Positions 27,778-42,700 of a stretch of DNA of 64,000 bases are shown here, piece by piece (the first letter of the stretch is position 1; the number at the start of each line of letters is the position of its first letter). The notes beneath the pieces were generated by a model that was given only the letters and a program-made list of their open reading frames with translations, was not told the origin of the DNA and searched no databases. The position numbers and the translations under genes are program-made. Source of the DNA: Trichoplax sp. H2 (Eukaryota); contig NOWV01000118.1 of NCBI GenBank assembly GCA_003344405.1, positions 124,001-188,000 on the forward strand. The letters are read 5' to 3'.

Positions 27778-30700
27778 CTATTGGCTTTGCTGATTAGCGA
27801 TATTTTGGGTATTATAAGCTGAATTATGACTAGTGGTAAAACCATTTCCGTTCTGATCGTAAAGAATATTTTGACTATTATGATTAGGTTCATCATATCT
27901 TATTTCTTGATTAACTTGATTAGGGTTTGTCGCATAGGCGTTACCATGCTTACCATAATCTAATTGCTGATTTACTTGATTAGGATCGATAGCATTGGTA
28001 TTGCCATGTTGATCATAAGTTACCTGCTGAGTATCTTGATTGCCACCTAATTCAGATACGTTACTGTTTCCATCATGCATTATTTGTTGCTGATAATCTT
28101 GACTATTATTATCGACAACATATGGATTGCCATGCTCATCGTAACCTGCAGGTTCAATAGCTTGATTAGGATTGATAGCATAAGCATTGCCGTGCTCATC
28201 ATAAGTTATGTGTTGATTTTCTTCATTCGATGGTTGTCCAAATCCATTACCTTGTGCGTCAGATGTTGCATAAGCATTACCATGCTCATCGTAGATAACC
28301 TGACTATCATCTTGATGAGCATCTGCAGTAAAAGCATTTCCGTGTTCATCATGAGTGATCTGTTGATCTTCTTGATGAGGATCTATGGTCGTATAAGCAT
28401 TTCCATGCTCGTCATAGGTAATCTGCTGACTGTCTTGGTAGGGATTTACGGTATAAGCGTTCCCATGCTCGTCATAAGTGATCTGCTGACCATCTTGGTA
28501 GGGATTTGCCGCCGTATAAGCGTTTCCATGCTCATCATAAGTAATTTGCTGACCGTTGTGACCTGGATCTGTACTAAAAGCGTTTCCATGCTCGTCATAA
28601 GTAATCTGCTGACCATTTTGTTGGGGATCTACGGCATAAGCGTTTCCATGCTCATCATAAGTAATCTGCTGATCATTTTGATGGGGATTTACGGCATAAG
28701 CGTTTCCATGCTCATCATAAGTAATCTGCTGATCATTTTGATGGGGATCTACGGCATAAGCGTTTCCATGCTCATCATAAGTAACCTGTTGACCATTTTG
28801 ATGGGGATCTACGGCATAAGCGTTTCCATGTTCATCGTAAGTAATTTGCTGATCATTTTGATGGGGATCTACGGCATAAGCGTTTCCATGCTCATCATAA
28901 GTAACCTGTTGACCATTTTGATGAGGATCTACGGTATAAGCGTTTCCATGCTCGTCGTAATGAATCTGTTGAGCCTCTTGATGGGGATCTACGGTATAAG
29001 CGTTCCCATGCTCGTCATAAGTGATCTGTTGGCCATCTTGATTCGTATCTACGGTATAGGCGTTTCCATGCTCGTCGTAAGCGATCTGCTGACCATCTTG
29101 ATGAGGATCGACGGCATAAGCATTTCCATGCTCGTCGTAATTGATCTGCTGGCCATCTTGATAGGGATCTACGTTATATGCATTTCCATGTTCATCGTAA
29201 GCAACTTGTTCACTCTGAGGATCTACTACGTATGCGTTATTGTGCTCGTCATAGGCAACATGTTGAGTATCTTGGTTCGACTCTGCGGCGTATGGATTGC
29301 CATGTTCATCATAAACGACATCGTGGCCATCTCCCTCTTGATTTATTGCATACGCATTGCCGTGTTCATCAGAAACAAGTCCTCTGTTTGATGGATCAGA
29401 ATTTTCAATACCACCATGTTCATCATTTGCTATTAATTGATCGTCTTGATCATGGTCTACTAAGTAAGCGTTGCCATGCTCATCATGAGCGACCATCTGT
29501 GGCTGCTGATCATGTTCATCATCAGCAATTTCCTCATTTGTCCTGTTGTCATTGGCATCATCGGGCTCATCATGGATTATTTCTTGCTGCTCATCATCAC
29601 GAATACGATCTTGTTCAGAGATGACAACATTACTTTCTGCTTCGTTATCGATCTGATCGTCATTATTTATGTCTTGCTCTTGATCTGCATGTTGGCTACC
29701 CTCAGTTTCTTGTCTGTTCTCGTCATCATCGTGAATGTTGGTAGGCTCATCCTCTGTCTTTTGATCCTCTTCATGTTCAGATTCATGACCTGAAAGTTGC
29801 CCTTCTTCGATCACTTTCTCTCCGTCGATGCCATGGTCTTCTTCAGTATTTATTTTCTCTTGCTCTTCATCCAAGTGTTTGCTATCATCGATTTCTTGTT
29901 CACCTTTGTCATCTTTATCATTTTCAGGTTCATCTCCTGTCTTTTGATCGATTTCACCTTCGGATTCATGACCTGAAACTTGACCTTCTTCCGTTGCTTT
30001 TTCGCCATCGGCATTTTGATCATCTTTAATTTCTTCTTCCTCTTCATTAGATTCATCTTCTGCCTTTTGGTCAGCCTCGCCTTCCGATGCATAATCTATG
30101 GGTTGCCCTTCTTCGATCGTTGCCTTACCATTGTCATCATGGTTAATTTCTTCTTGATCTTGATGAGATTCATCTCCTATCTTTTGATCGGCTTCGCTTT
30201 CAGATTCATGACCTGAACGTTGGCCTTCTTCAGTTGCTTTCTCACCATCAATGTTGTGATCATCATTATTTGTTTCTTCTTGCTCTTGATTGGATTCATC
30301 TTCTGCCTTTTGATCAGCCTCGCCTTCAGATTCATGATCTATGGGTTGCCCTTCTTCCGTAGCTGTATTACCATCGTCATCAGGATTAGTTTCTTCTTGA
30401 TGTTGATGAGATTCATCTTCTGTCTTTTGATCAGCTTCGCCTTCAGATTCATGACCTGGTAGTTGGCCTTCCTCGGTTGCTTTCGCACCATCAACGTTGT
30501 GCTCGTCATTATTTGTTTCTTCTTGCTCTTGACTAGGTTCATCTTCAGTTTTTCTATTGACTTCACCTTCAGACTCATGATCTGCAAGTTGTCCTTCTTC
30601 ACCATGATTAATTTCTTCTTGATGTTGATGAGATTCATCTTCTGTCTTTTGATCAGCTTCGCCTTCAGATTCATGACCTGAAAGTTGGCCTTCCTCGGTT

Positions 30701-33700
30701 ACTTTCTCACTATCAACGTTGTGCTCATCATTATTTGTTTTTTCTTGCTCTTGACTAGGTTCATCTTCAGCTTTTCCGTTGGTTTCATCTTCAGACTCAT
30801 GATCTGCAAGTTGTCCTTCTTCAACTGCTGTCTTATCATCGTCATTATTCATTTCTTCTTGATGTTGATGAGATTCATCTTCTGCCTTTTGATCAGCTTC
30901 GTCTTCAGATTCATAACCTGAAAGTTGGCCTTCCTCGGTTACTTTCTCACTATCAACGCCGTGATCATCATTATTTGCTTCCTCCTGCTCTTGACTAGTT
31001 TCATCTTCAGCTTTTCTATTGGCTTCGCCTTCAGATTCATGATCTGCAAGTTGTCCTTCTTCAACTACTGTCTTACCATCTTCATCATTATTCATTTCTT
31101 CTTGATGTTGATGAGATTCATCTTCTGTCTTTTGATCAGCTTCGCCTTCAGATTCATGACCTGGAAGTTGGCCTTCCTCGGTTACTTTCGTACCATCAAC
31201 GTTGTGCTCATCATTATTTGTTTCTTCTTGGTCTTGACTAGGTTCATCTTCAGCTTTTCCGTTGGCTTCGCCTTCAGATTCATGATCTGCAAGTTGTCCT
31301 TCTTCAACTACTGTCTTACCATCTTCATCATGATTCATTTCTTCTTCATGTTGATGAGATTCATCTTCTGCCTTTTGATCGGCTTCGACTTCAGATTTAT
31401 GACCTGAAAGTTGGCCTTCCTCGGTTACTTTCTCACTATCAACGTTGTGATCATCATTATTTGTTTCTTCTTGCTCTTGACTAGGTTCATCTTCAGCTTT
31501 TCCGTTGGCTTCGCTTTTTAACTCATGATCTGCAAGTTGTCCTTCTTCAACTGCTGTCTTACCATCTTCATCATGATTCATTTCTTCTTCATGTTGATGA
31601 GATTCATCTTCTGTCTTTTGATCAGCCTCGACTTCAGATTCATGACCTGAAAGTTGGCCTTCCTCGGTTACTTTCTCACTATCAACGTTGTGATCATCAT
31701 TATTTGTTTCTTCTTGCTCTTGACTAGGTTCATCTTCAGCTTTTCCGTTGGCTTCGCCTTCAGACTCACGATCTGCAAGTTGTCCTTCTTCAACTGCTGT
31801 CTTACCATCTTCATCATTATTCATTTCTTCTTGATGTTGATGGGATTCATCTTCTGTCTTTTGATCGGCCTCGACTTCAGATTCATGACCTGAAAGTTGG
31901 CCTTCCTCGGTTACTTTCTCACTATCAACGTTGTGATCATCATTATTTGTTTTTTCTTGGTCTTGACTAGGTTCGTCTTCAGTTTTTCTATTGGCTTCGC
32001 CTTCAGATTCATGATCTGCAAGTTGTCCTTCTTCAACTGCTGTCTTACCATCGTCATTATTTATTTCTTCTTGATGTTGATGGGATTCATCTTCTGTCTT
32101 TTGATCGGCTTCGACTTCAAATTCATGACCTGAAAGTTGGCTTTCCTCGATTGCTTTCTCAGCATCGTGGTTTATTTCCTCTTGCTCTTGATTATATTCA
32201 TCTGCCTTTTGATCAGCTTCACCTACAGATTCATGATCTATGGGTTGCCCTTCGTCGACTGCTGCCTTACCATCGTCATCATTATTAATTTCTTCTTGAC
32301 CTTGACGAGATTCATCGTCGGTCTGTTGATCGGCTTGGCCTTTAGATTCATGACCTGAAAGTTGGCCATCCTTACCATCAACGTTGTTTGTTTCCCCATG
32401 GTCTTGATTAGATTCTTCCGTCTTTTGATCCATTTCACCTTCAGATTCATGACCTACAAGTTGTTCTTCATCGGCTGCTTTATCACTATCAATGTTATGA
32501 CCATCACTGTTTATTTCTTCTTGCTGTTCGTCTAATTGTTGATTGCCATGCGTTTCTGCTTTAAAGTCAGCATTTTCTTGATCGTCTTTAGATTTGGCCT
32601 TTCGCTCAATTTCATGTTCAGATTCATGACCTTGGGCTATTTTCTCGCCATCAACATTATGATCGGCGTTAGCTAATTCTTCTTGCCCTTCCTCAACTGC
32701 ATTCTCTTGATCGACCTCACCTTCAGCTTCGTGACTTGAAACTTGCCCTTCTTCAATTGCTTTCTCTCTAGCGATCTCACCTTCAGATTCATGACTTAGA
32801 ACTTGCCCTTCCTCAGCTGCTTTCTCTCCATCGACCACGCTTTTAGATTCATGATCTAAAAGTTGCCCTTCCTCAACTGCTTTTTCCCGATCAAGCTCAC
32901 CTTCAGATTTATGAACTGAAAGCTGCTCTTCTTTGAGCGTTCTCTCATCTTCGATGTTATGACCGTCATTATTCATCTCTTCTTGCTCTTGATTTAATTC
33001 GTTTTCCGTCTTTTGATCTATTTCTCCTTCAGATTGCCCTTTCTCATAACTGGCGTTTTGATCATTATGAGATTCATCTTCTGCCTTTCGATCGACTTCG
33101 CCTGCAGATTCATGACCTGATAGTTGCTCTTTCTCAACTTCTTTCTCATCATTGATATTTTGATCATCATGAGATTCATCTTCTGCTTTTCCTTTGACTT
33201 CGCCTACAGATTCATCACTTGCCAGTTCTCCTTTCTCAATCATTTTCTCACCATCGTGGTTATGATCACCATGAGATCCATCATCTGCTTTTCCATTGAC
33301 TTCGTCTACAGATTCATAACTCGCCAGTTCTCTTCCCTTAATTACTTTCTCATCATCAACGTTATGATCATTATGAGATTCATTTCGATCGACTTCGCTT
33401 TCAGTTTCATGACCTGAAAGTGGCTCCTTCTCAGCTCCTTTCTCGTCATCGACGTTTTGATCATTATGAGATTCATTTTCTGCATTTCGATCGACTTCGC
33501 CTTTAGATTCATGACCTGAAAGTTGCTCTTTCTCGCTGTCGACATTAGTATCGCCGTTATTTATTTCTTCTTGCTCTTTCTCTAAATGCTGGCTGTCATC
33601 GGTTTCTTGTTTGACATTATCATTATTTTGATCGTTTATGGATTCATCTTGTGTCTCTCGATCCACTTCGTCATTGGATCCTTGACCTATAACTTGGTTT

Positions 33701-36700
33701 TCTTCCATTGCTTTATCATGGTCGATGTTATGATTATCATGATTTATTTCTCCTTGTTTGGCATTATCATGATCATTTACAGGTTCATCTTCCACCTTCT
33801 GATCGATTTTGCCTTCAGATTCATGAATTGAAGGTTGCCTTTCTTCGATTGCCTGCTCATCACTCATGCTATGGTTATCGTTATTTGTTTCTTGCTCTTG
33901 ATCTAAATGTGGATTGCTAACGGTTTCTTGCTTCACTTCGCTATTATTTGGATCATTTACGGTTTCATCTTCCGGTTTTCGATCCATTTCAACTTCATGA
34001 CTTAGAAGTTCTCCTTCTTCAGCTGCTGTCTCACTTTCCATGGCATGGTCGTCATTATTTATTCCTTGTTCTTGATCTAGTTGTTGGTTACTATCACTTT
34101 CTTGTTTAACTTGGGCATTACCTTGATCGTTTACGGGCATATCTTCTACCTTTGATTCTTCTTCAGCTTCATGACCTAAATTTTGCTCTTGCTCCATTTC
34201 TTTCTCATTTTTGGATTCATGATCGTCATGACTAACTTCCTGCTTTTGAGATAAATGTTGGCTATCATCGGTTTCTTGTTTAACTTCGTCGTGATCTTGG
34301 TCTCTGGCAGGTTCATCATCGGCTTTTCGACCGAAGTCGTCCTTCGATGCATAGTCTGAATTTTGCACCTCTTCGATTGCTTTCTCATCATCGACGTTGT
34401 GGTTCTTGTGATCCACTTCTTCTGGCTCTTGATCATAATGTTGGCTTGGATCGATTTCTTGCTTAACTTCATTATTATCTTGATCATTTGCAGGCACATC
34501 TTGTATCTTTCCATCCAATTTATCGTCAGATTCATGAACTGAAAGTTGTTTTTCTTCCATTGCTTCCTCTCTATCGATATTATGATCGTTATGGTTCATT
34601 TCTTCTTGCCCTTGATCTAAAAGGTGGCTGCCATCGGGCTTAACTTCGTCATGCTGATCTTTTGCGGCTTCATCTACCATCGTTGGATCTCCGTTGCTTT
34701 CTGGTTCATGGCTTAACGATTGCTCTTCAGTTGCCTTGCTATTAATTTGCTCTTGTTCTTGGTCTAAGGACTGGCTATCATCAGTTTCCTGGTTCGCTTC
34801 ATCGTTATGTTGATCCTTTACAGATTCTTCCATTTTTCGATCGGTTTTGGCTTCCGATTCATGACCTGAAGTTTGTTCTTGTTCATTATTGATGTTATGA
34901 TTGTTATAATTTATTTCTTCTGGTTCTCTATGCGAATATTGACTATCATCAATTTTTTGCTTGACTTCGTTATTACCCTGATCATTGACAGATTCTTTCA
35001 TCTTTACATCAACTTCGCCGTCCGATTCATGAGCTAAAGGATGTTCTTGCTCGAAAGCTTTGTCAGTACTAGCTGTATGATCATGACCGTCTGTTTCTCC
35101 TTGTTGTAAACGTTGGCTGCCATCGATCTCTTGTCCAACTTGGTCATTATTTTGATTATTTACAGGTTCATTTTCTATCGTTTGATCGACTTGACTTTGC
35201 AATTCATGGCCTACAAGTTGCTCTTGTTCCTTTGTTGTCTCATTATCAGCAATGTGATGATCATGATTGATTTTCTCTTGTTGTTGATTTAAACGTTGGT
35301 TATTGTCATTTTCTTTTTCAACTTTATCATAATCCTCTGTAGACCTATCGTCTACCTTTCGATCCACTTCACTTTCTGATTCATGATCAGATAGTTGCCT
35401 TTCTTCTACTGCTTTCTGATTATTGATAGATTGACTTTCTGGTCCTTTACTGTCTTGATTATTTACAGATTCGCCTTCTGCCTTTCCGTTGATTTTATTT
35501 CTCAATTCATCGGAAATTTGCTCTTGTTCAATTGCTGCCTTATTATTGCTACTATGATCTGTCTTCTCGATTTCTTCTTGAGTATTCTGGCTATCATTCA
35601 TTTCTTGCTTACTATGATCGTCTGCAGGTTTGCCTTCTAGATGATGATCCGAAAGCTCTCCTTGTTCACTCCTTTTCTTATCACTGGTAGCGTGATCATG
35701 ATTTCCTTCTTCACGTTCTTGTTCTAAATGTTGGTCGTCATTCACTTGTGGCTTGATTCCATCATCTTGATCATTTACATGTTGATCTTGCACCTTTCCA
35801 TTGGTTTCTCTATCCACTTCGTGACCAGAAGATTGGTGCTTTGCGATTCCATTTTCTTCATGGACGTCAAGTTTATCGCTCTTCATTTTTTCTTGTTCTT
35901 GATCTCCATGTTGGCTGTCGTTAAGTCCTTGATTAGTTTCATCATTTTGATCTTTATTGATGTTAAAATGGTCATTACTTCTCCCTTCTGGCTCTCGATC
36001 ACCTCGATCATTTATGGATTCATCTTCCGTTATTTGATCATGTCTAACTTTGCTAATTTCCTGAAATTTCTCTTCGTTCTCAGATTGCTGATTGGTATTT
36101 AAGTTATTCCTTTCTTCAAGGAGATTTTGTGTTGTTTGATGATTATTGTTATTCTCGACATCTTGAAGAACGGAACTTTTATCTGTTTCTACCTGCAACT
36201 CTTTCGATGGTTCGTTATTTTGACCATCTTTTTCAGTATTTTGTATTGGAATATCTCCTCTGGTTAGAGTCCCATCATTTAGACTATTATTATTATCTTG
36301 GCTCGTTAAATTTTTGTCGGTTGTCGTTACGTTTCCATCTTCATCTTTTTCTACAGTTCCGCTATCATAATACTGATTATGAAGAACTTGTTCAGTTTCC
36401 CTGCCTTGACTAAGAGTTACCTGGTTATCATTGGATTGATAACCATTGGCATCCTTCTTGTCATCTTCCCTTACCAGAGTTGAATCACCATCTTTAGATT
36501 GATCAATATCTTGATCAGTGGCTTCTTGGATATGTTTTTCAGCTGAAATTGGACTTGCAGCCTTTTGATTTGTAATCATGGTTGCGTCCTGGCTAGTATT
36601 CTCGTTTTGCAAGTTTGGGTGGCTCTCTTCTCCGGTACTAATTTCTCCTTGTTTACCCTCTTCAATGGCTTCATTATTAATAGTTGGATTGGCTTCGCTC

Positions 36701-39700
36701 TCTCTAGTGATGGCTCCATTTTCATTTATTTTATGCTCTTGCGAATTGAAGTGGCTACTGTCTCTAGTATCCATTTTGGTTTCGTTATCATCGATAGTAG
36801 TTTGATCCCTGTCTCTACTTTCGTATTGATCTATTCTATCTCTTGGTGTATTGAAATGGGTATTTTCTGCAGCATTAATTTCGGCTTCGTTACTATCGAC
36901 AGTGGTCTCGTCGACCATGATTTCATTAACATTACTATCCTTTGCTATGATCGATTCTACTTGCTCATCATTCGCTTGACCTGCCGTTTGATCTTGATTT
37001 ATTTCGTTATTTTTTGCTTGTATTTCCTCCTTCTCCATTGTTGATGGCTTACTATTAAGATTATCATCTTGATCTTTGCTCAATACTGAGTCTTTTTCTA
37101 TGTTCTTATTTTCTGCAACTATAGGCTGGTGATATCGACCTATTTCCTCGTCCCCAGGCAATGAGTGATCACTATTTAGTTTTTCTTCTTGATCATTTAC
37201 TTCCTGGTTGTTATTGTCATTAGTTGACTTGATGTCATCTTTTAGAGATTCGCTATTTTGATAGTGATCGATCTTGTCCTCACTTTCATTCTTCAAATTG
37301 TTTTTAATTCGATCTTGGTCAGGAACTTCTGTATTCAATTCCGATCGGTTCTCGATGGTACTGTTACTTTCTTCAATTTCATCCCTTCTATGTTGAGTTG
37401 AAATCAGTTTATCATCTGTCGAATCAATGGTGCTATCATCGATGCTCTCGTTTGCCTTAGCTATAATTTCGTTTTCTGCTACAAGTCTATTCGAATGATC
37501 ATCGGTAATATTGTTCTGATGGCTGTCTTGGGAAGCCAAATTATTTTTGTTGTCATCTGAAAATTTGTTCTCAATTTCTCCCTTCGCTGTAGATTCTTGA
37601 TCGGCCGGATGATTTTTGAATATTTCTTTCTTATCCTCATATGAACTATTTTCAGTGGTATTCTTATTAGTAATCATTCCTACATGAGCTTTGGGTAATA
37701 TTGAATCAGTAGGGATATTTATATTATCTCTAACACTCATTCTATCTGATGCTTTATCCTGGATAGGACCATCATGGCTTGCACTTTCTGTGCTTTGTTG
37801 CTCATTATCTTGATCTTGGATACTCTTTGTATCGTTAGGATGATCGTTACTTTGGCTAACGACAGGGGAATGCTCTTCCGTTCTCTGTGATAGATCTACT
37901 GCCATAGTTTGATCTTGTTGATCATCTGTGGATTGATTTTCTATTTTCTGCCCTACTTCAGCTACATTCACATCATGATTATTTTCTGTTTGGTCACTTT
38001 TTCCTTGCAATTGAAGTTGATCTTCTGAAACCTGATGAGATGACTGAAGTAAATTATTAATTGCTGTATTATCTTCTACCTTGGCTTGATGATCGTTTGT
38101 TTGGCTTTGATGGTCTTCTAAGATCTCATCGACTTTCGGAGAAGGTTCAGTAACATTTGACTGGCTGGAGAAGCTAGCGTTAGTAATGCTTTCAGTTTGA
38201 TCTCTATCTACAGCGTTGACTAATTCGTTGTCATGTAACTGCAGTAATTGCTCTTGATCTTCTTCAAGTTCGTTATGGCTGCCTTTCTCATCTGATATTT
38301 GAGAATTGACATTTTCAGAAGGCGTTAATGATGATCTCTGGTTATATCTAGCATCGATTTCTGCTTTTTCAGCTAATTCTGAAGTTTCAGCAGTTGCTTT
38401 TACGACATTTTCATTTGGTGGCGATACTACAGTATCCTCTTGAATGTTTTGGATATCCTCAGCGTTTGGTTCGGAAAGTTCTATATTGGAGTTATCTTTT
38501 TGGATGGTTTCGATTAGATGAGATTGATCATCATCACTATGATGCTCTATTTCTTTACCGGGAGATGATGAAGCAACGTTTGCTGACTCTTCCTCCTTTT
38601 TATGATTTATACTAGCACTCGGTAACACAGAATTATGATCCACTACATCAGAAGATCTATTTTCGGTTACAGCATTCTCCGATTCTTGATCGATTAATTG
38701 ATTGTGGAGATGACTTCCCTTAGCAGAACTATCAGATGCATCACCAATTTTAGTGTCCGTTTTAGGAGTGCTGACATAATGTACTTGTAAGTCTTCTTCA
38801 TTTTGATTGTTATTTACAGGCTTGAGGTCTTCATTGCCAGTTTCTGTGACAGGGACAACTGCTACGATGTTTTCCTTCGAATTTTGTTTCTTATTTGGAT
38901 CATGTTTCTGATCTTTCTTCTTATACTTTTCTGATTTTTTTCCTTCTTTATTAGTAGGCTTGCTACGTTCTGAGTTCGATCGAGTATCATCTGGTGGCGA
39001 ATTGCTGTTTGTTTGGGACTTTATTTGGTTCGTTGCCACTACATCATCGGGTTCTGATGATTTGTTGTCAGTAGCTTGTTCTACCCTTCTATCATTATCA
39101 TTATAACTTTTCTTATTTTCTACTGCTTCCTTTTTATCAGTAGCATTATTATCTTCTTTATCCGAGATTGTATCCGGTTGTAAGCTATCAGGTTTAAATG
39201 TTGCGGTATTCGCATCAGCCTTGTCTTCTATTCCTTGTGATGCTATCATCTCTGATGTAACCGCAGTTACATCTTCTATAATTTCTTCATTAATGCTTTG
39301 CTGATCGACAGACTGATGGCTTGATGCAGAAATTTTCTCATCAATTTCATCACTAGGCAAATTTGTTGCTATTTCTATACTAGCGGCTTCATTGTTAGAA
39401 ATTACGTCCTGTTGTAAGTTATCAGATTTTACTAATGTATTATTTGCATCAGTTTCATCATCTACAACCTGCGATACAACAGATGAAATATCATCTAAAA
39501 TTTCTTCTTGAATACTTTGCTGACCAACAGCCCCATAACTTGTTGGAACTTTCTCATCAATTTCTTGCTCACCAGGCAAATTTGGTGTTGTTTCTATATT
39601 ATTAACATCGATATTGGAGATTGCCTCTTGCTGTAAGTTATAAGATTTTACGGATACGTTATTTGCATCGCTTTCATTTTCTTGAGCTTGCGATGCAATA

Positions 39701-42700
39701 ATCTGTTTTGGTGGGACAGCTGATATGACTTCTAAAGTTTCCTCTTGAGCACTTTGCTGATCAGCAGCTTGATTACTCGATGTAGAAATCCTCTCATCTA
39801 CTTCTTGATCATTTGGCAAATTTGGTGTTGTTTCTATACTAATAGTATCATTATTAAATATTATATCCTCTTGTGAGTTACCGGATTTTACTGATGTATT
39901 ATTTGCTTTGAGTCCATCTTCTAGAACCTGCGATACAACCATTTGTTCCGGTGGAATAACTGATAAGGCTTCTATAATTTCTTCTCTACTACTTTGTTGA
40001 TCGGGACTCTGATGACTTGATGATATAGAAATTTTGTCATGTATCTCTTGATCACTAGCCAAATTTTCTTGAGCTATCTTGATGGGGTTTTGATCCATTT
40101 CTTGATCAATAATATCTGCATCGAACGCCTTAATCATACTATCTTCTTGGTTATGTCCATTAGTATTATCGACTTCAGGACTTTGCTCTTCAATTTCATC
40201 TTCATATGAGTTTTCACTGTCTGATCTACTGCCAACTGAAAAGGATTCCATAGAAGGTTCAAGAATGTCTTCAACGCTATCTTGACTTCGTGCTGTAATT
40301 AAATTTGTGGAATCGTCAGTGATTAAAGTAGTACCTGCTGTTTGGCTCTCTGCTTCATCAGCTTCATATTTTGTTCCTGCAAGAGCTGCTTTATAGCTTT
40401 CGATCAATTGGGAATCGTTCACATTTTGTTCCGTAGTAATGCTGTTTCCCAATTCAGAACCATTTTTAGCATTCTGGTCCATTGTATTTGCGAATATTTC
40501 CTTATTATCTTGAGCGTCGATATCGCTATCACTCATATTTGCTGATTTTTGTAATGGAAGAAGATCCATTAATGATTCACTAGCAACAGCAACGACTGGA
40601 TGGTTTTGTGATTCTAGAGTAACCTCAACTCCTGGGATGATTGGCTCTTGAGATGACTCGATGCCATGTTCAGTTTTTGTCAATTCTACTTCATTAACAA
40701 GTTCTACAGTTGATGGATAGTCATCTTCATTTTGATCGAGCTTTTGGTAGTCTAAGGTAATCTCTTCGTCTTCATCTAACACTTTACTGGCATTTGGCTG
40801 ACTTAACTGATCGTCATTTTGGGGTAACTCCGCCGAATTAGTAAGCTCTATGTTTGATGGGCCATTATTAATGCCTTGGTCGTGTGATAAAGTTATCACA
40901 TTTTCGTTTTCACTTATCGCTGTAGTTGTATCGGCATGACTTAACTGATCTTTGTTCAATTCTCGATCTATCTGCATATTGATAATATTCATATCTTGTT
41001 GGGTGGAGGCAACGGAAGCTTCACTGATTGCTATTTCATTTTCATCGTATGATGCTTCGGCACCGTTAAGTACATTTTGATTTATATCCTTATTCCTGTG
41101 AGTCTCACCTGAATTGCTATTAACATTATCTGAATTACTAAATACAGTTAGTTCTGTTGACTTTAAGTCATCATTATTGATACTAGATTGAGTAATGGCA
41201 TTATTTACAACGTGATGATAATGTTCTATTATTGCTGATTTCTTAATTTCAAGGACATCAATGAAAGCTTTCATCATTATTGAATTAGCTTGCCTATTTG
41301 CAAATTCATAAATTAAAGGTGATAATTTAGACCTTACTGTGGGTAAGTCAGTACTAGTATTTGTAGGTAACGGATTATTCTTGCTTTCTGCCTGATCGTA
41401 ATCATTATTGGTTTTCATTACATCAATAATTGCTCTCATAATAACTAGATTTGCTTGTCTATTAGCAAAGTTATCAATGATGTTAGAAACGCTTTGCGGC
41501 ATTATATTGCTTTCGTTATTCTGAATATCTGATGGCGGTGGAGGGTTCTTTTCTTCTGCTAAATCACTATCACACTGCACGGCAGTATCTGTAGTGATTG
41601 GCTTATGTTGATTAGCAACTTCATTTTTAACGCTACGATGATTACGTAGAGTTTCGTTATGACTACTGTAATATTCATCTCTTGCTGCTGATGATCGTCT
41701 AGATGCTTCATCCATACTAGAATCGGAATAACAACTTGATAACTGCTTTCCTCTGCCTTTGAGTCTTCGCCGACTATACTTGGATCGCTTCGATTTATCT
41801 GTTTTTGGTGGCGATGGAATAAAGGAGTGATTAGAACTATTATCAAGTAGCCTTGATGCTCGATCATCGCTAACATCATCAGATACAATACTATTATCGA
41901 CGCTTTTGGTCATCGGTACGCCTTCTTTCTGAACTTGTTCATTTCCTGATGTAGTATGCAGAGTTCGGCGATGACGTAAATTAGCTGACTTTGGACGATT
42001 CATTGATGAAGGTGGAACTGGTTGGATAGGACGGTCTTCTAAACTTGACAAGGATGAGAGACTCTTATCACTACGTGCTGAATTTGGCCTCCATCTTGAA
42101 TTATTGGATGAGAAATTAACAGTCTTGTATGCATCTTGATCGTTAGATTGGCTTTGCTGTACTTGCGCTAATAACTGATTCCAGTCTTGCTCTTTAGTTA
42201 ATTGACCGTTATAACTTAGCGATGGTGGTGGTATTTCAGGACCGATTAAATTAGCAAGATGTTGTAGTTTGTCGCTTTCCTTACTAATATCAAACCTTGT
42301 GTCTGTTGATAGCTCGGTTCTTAGTCCCGAGTTAGAATATAAGCTGTGGCTATTGACTGTCCATGGTCGCTCTAGTGGAATTGCGTATGGCGATAATTGC
42401 TCACGCTCAAGTAATGATCGAGTTCCCTTATCACGTTTATCGTCATACTATAAGAGTAATATAGAATAATTATTATAAAAATTAAATTTTCCAGGTAATA
42501 TAACGAATTCATGTTCTTGTTAGAAGAGCCTACGCTTTTGTGTAATGATAAATTATCCATTCTATACACATTACAGCATCAAGCCTAACCATTTTGATAC
42601 ATATCAGAAAGGGTTGAGTTGTTAGGCAAAGAGGTTAATAAAAAAAGTACTCCTATTGAACTATCTCAATTAGATGTTAAAAGATCAAGTACATTTGACA

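Noticed and set aside
28560-29160. Regular 60-bp array superficially like a CRISPR array
   Set aside because: The units are tandem coding repeats with no unique spacers, there are no cas genes, and the context is eukaryotic.
28075-37044. Many hydrophobic plus-strand ORFs (e.g. 438 aa at 28075-29391) and short alternative-frame minus ORFs
   Set aside because: They are antisense or frame shadows of the repetitive D/E/Q/N/H-rich giant ORF. Their periodicity and Ile/Leu/Phe bias follow from reverse-complementing its codons.
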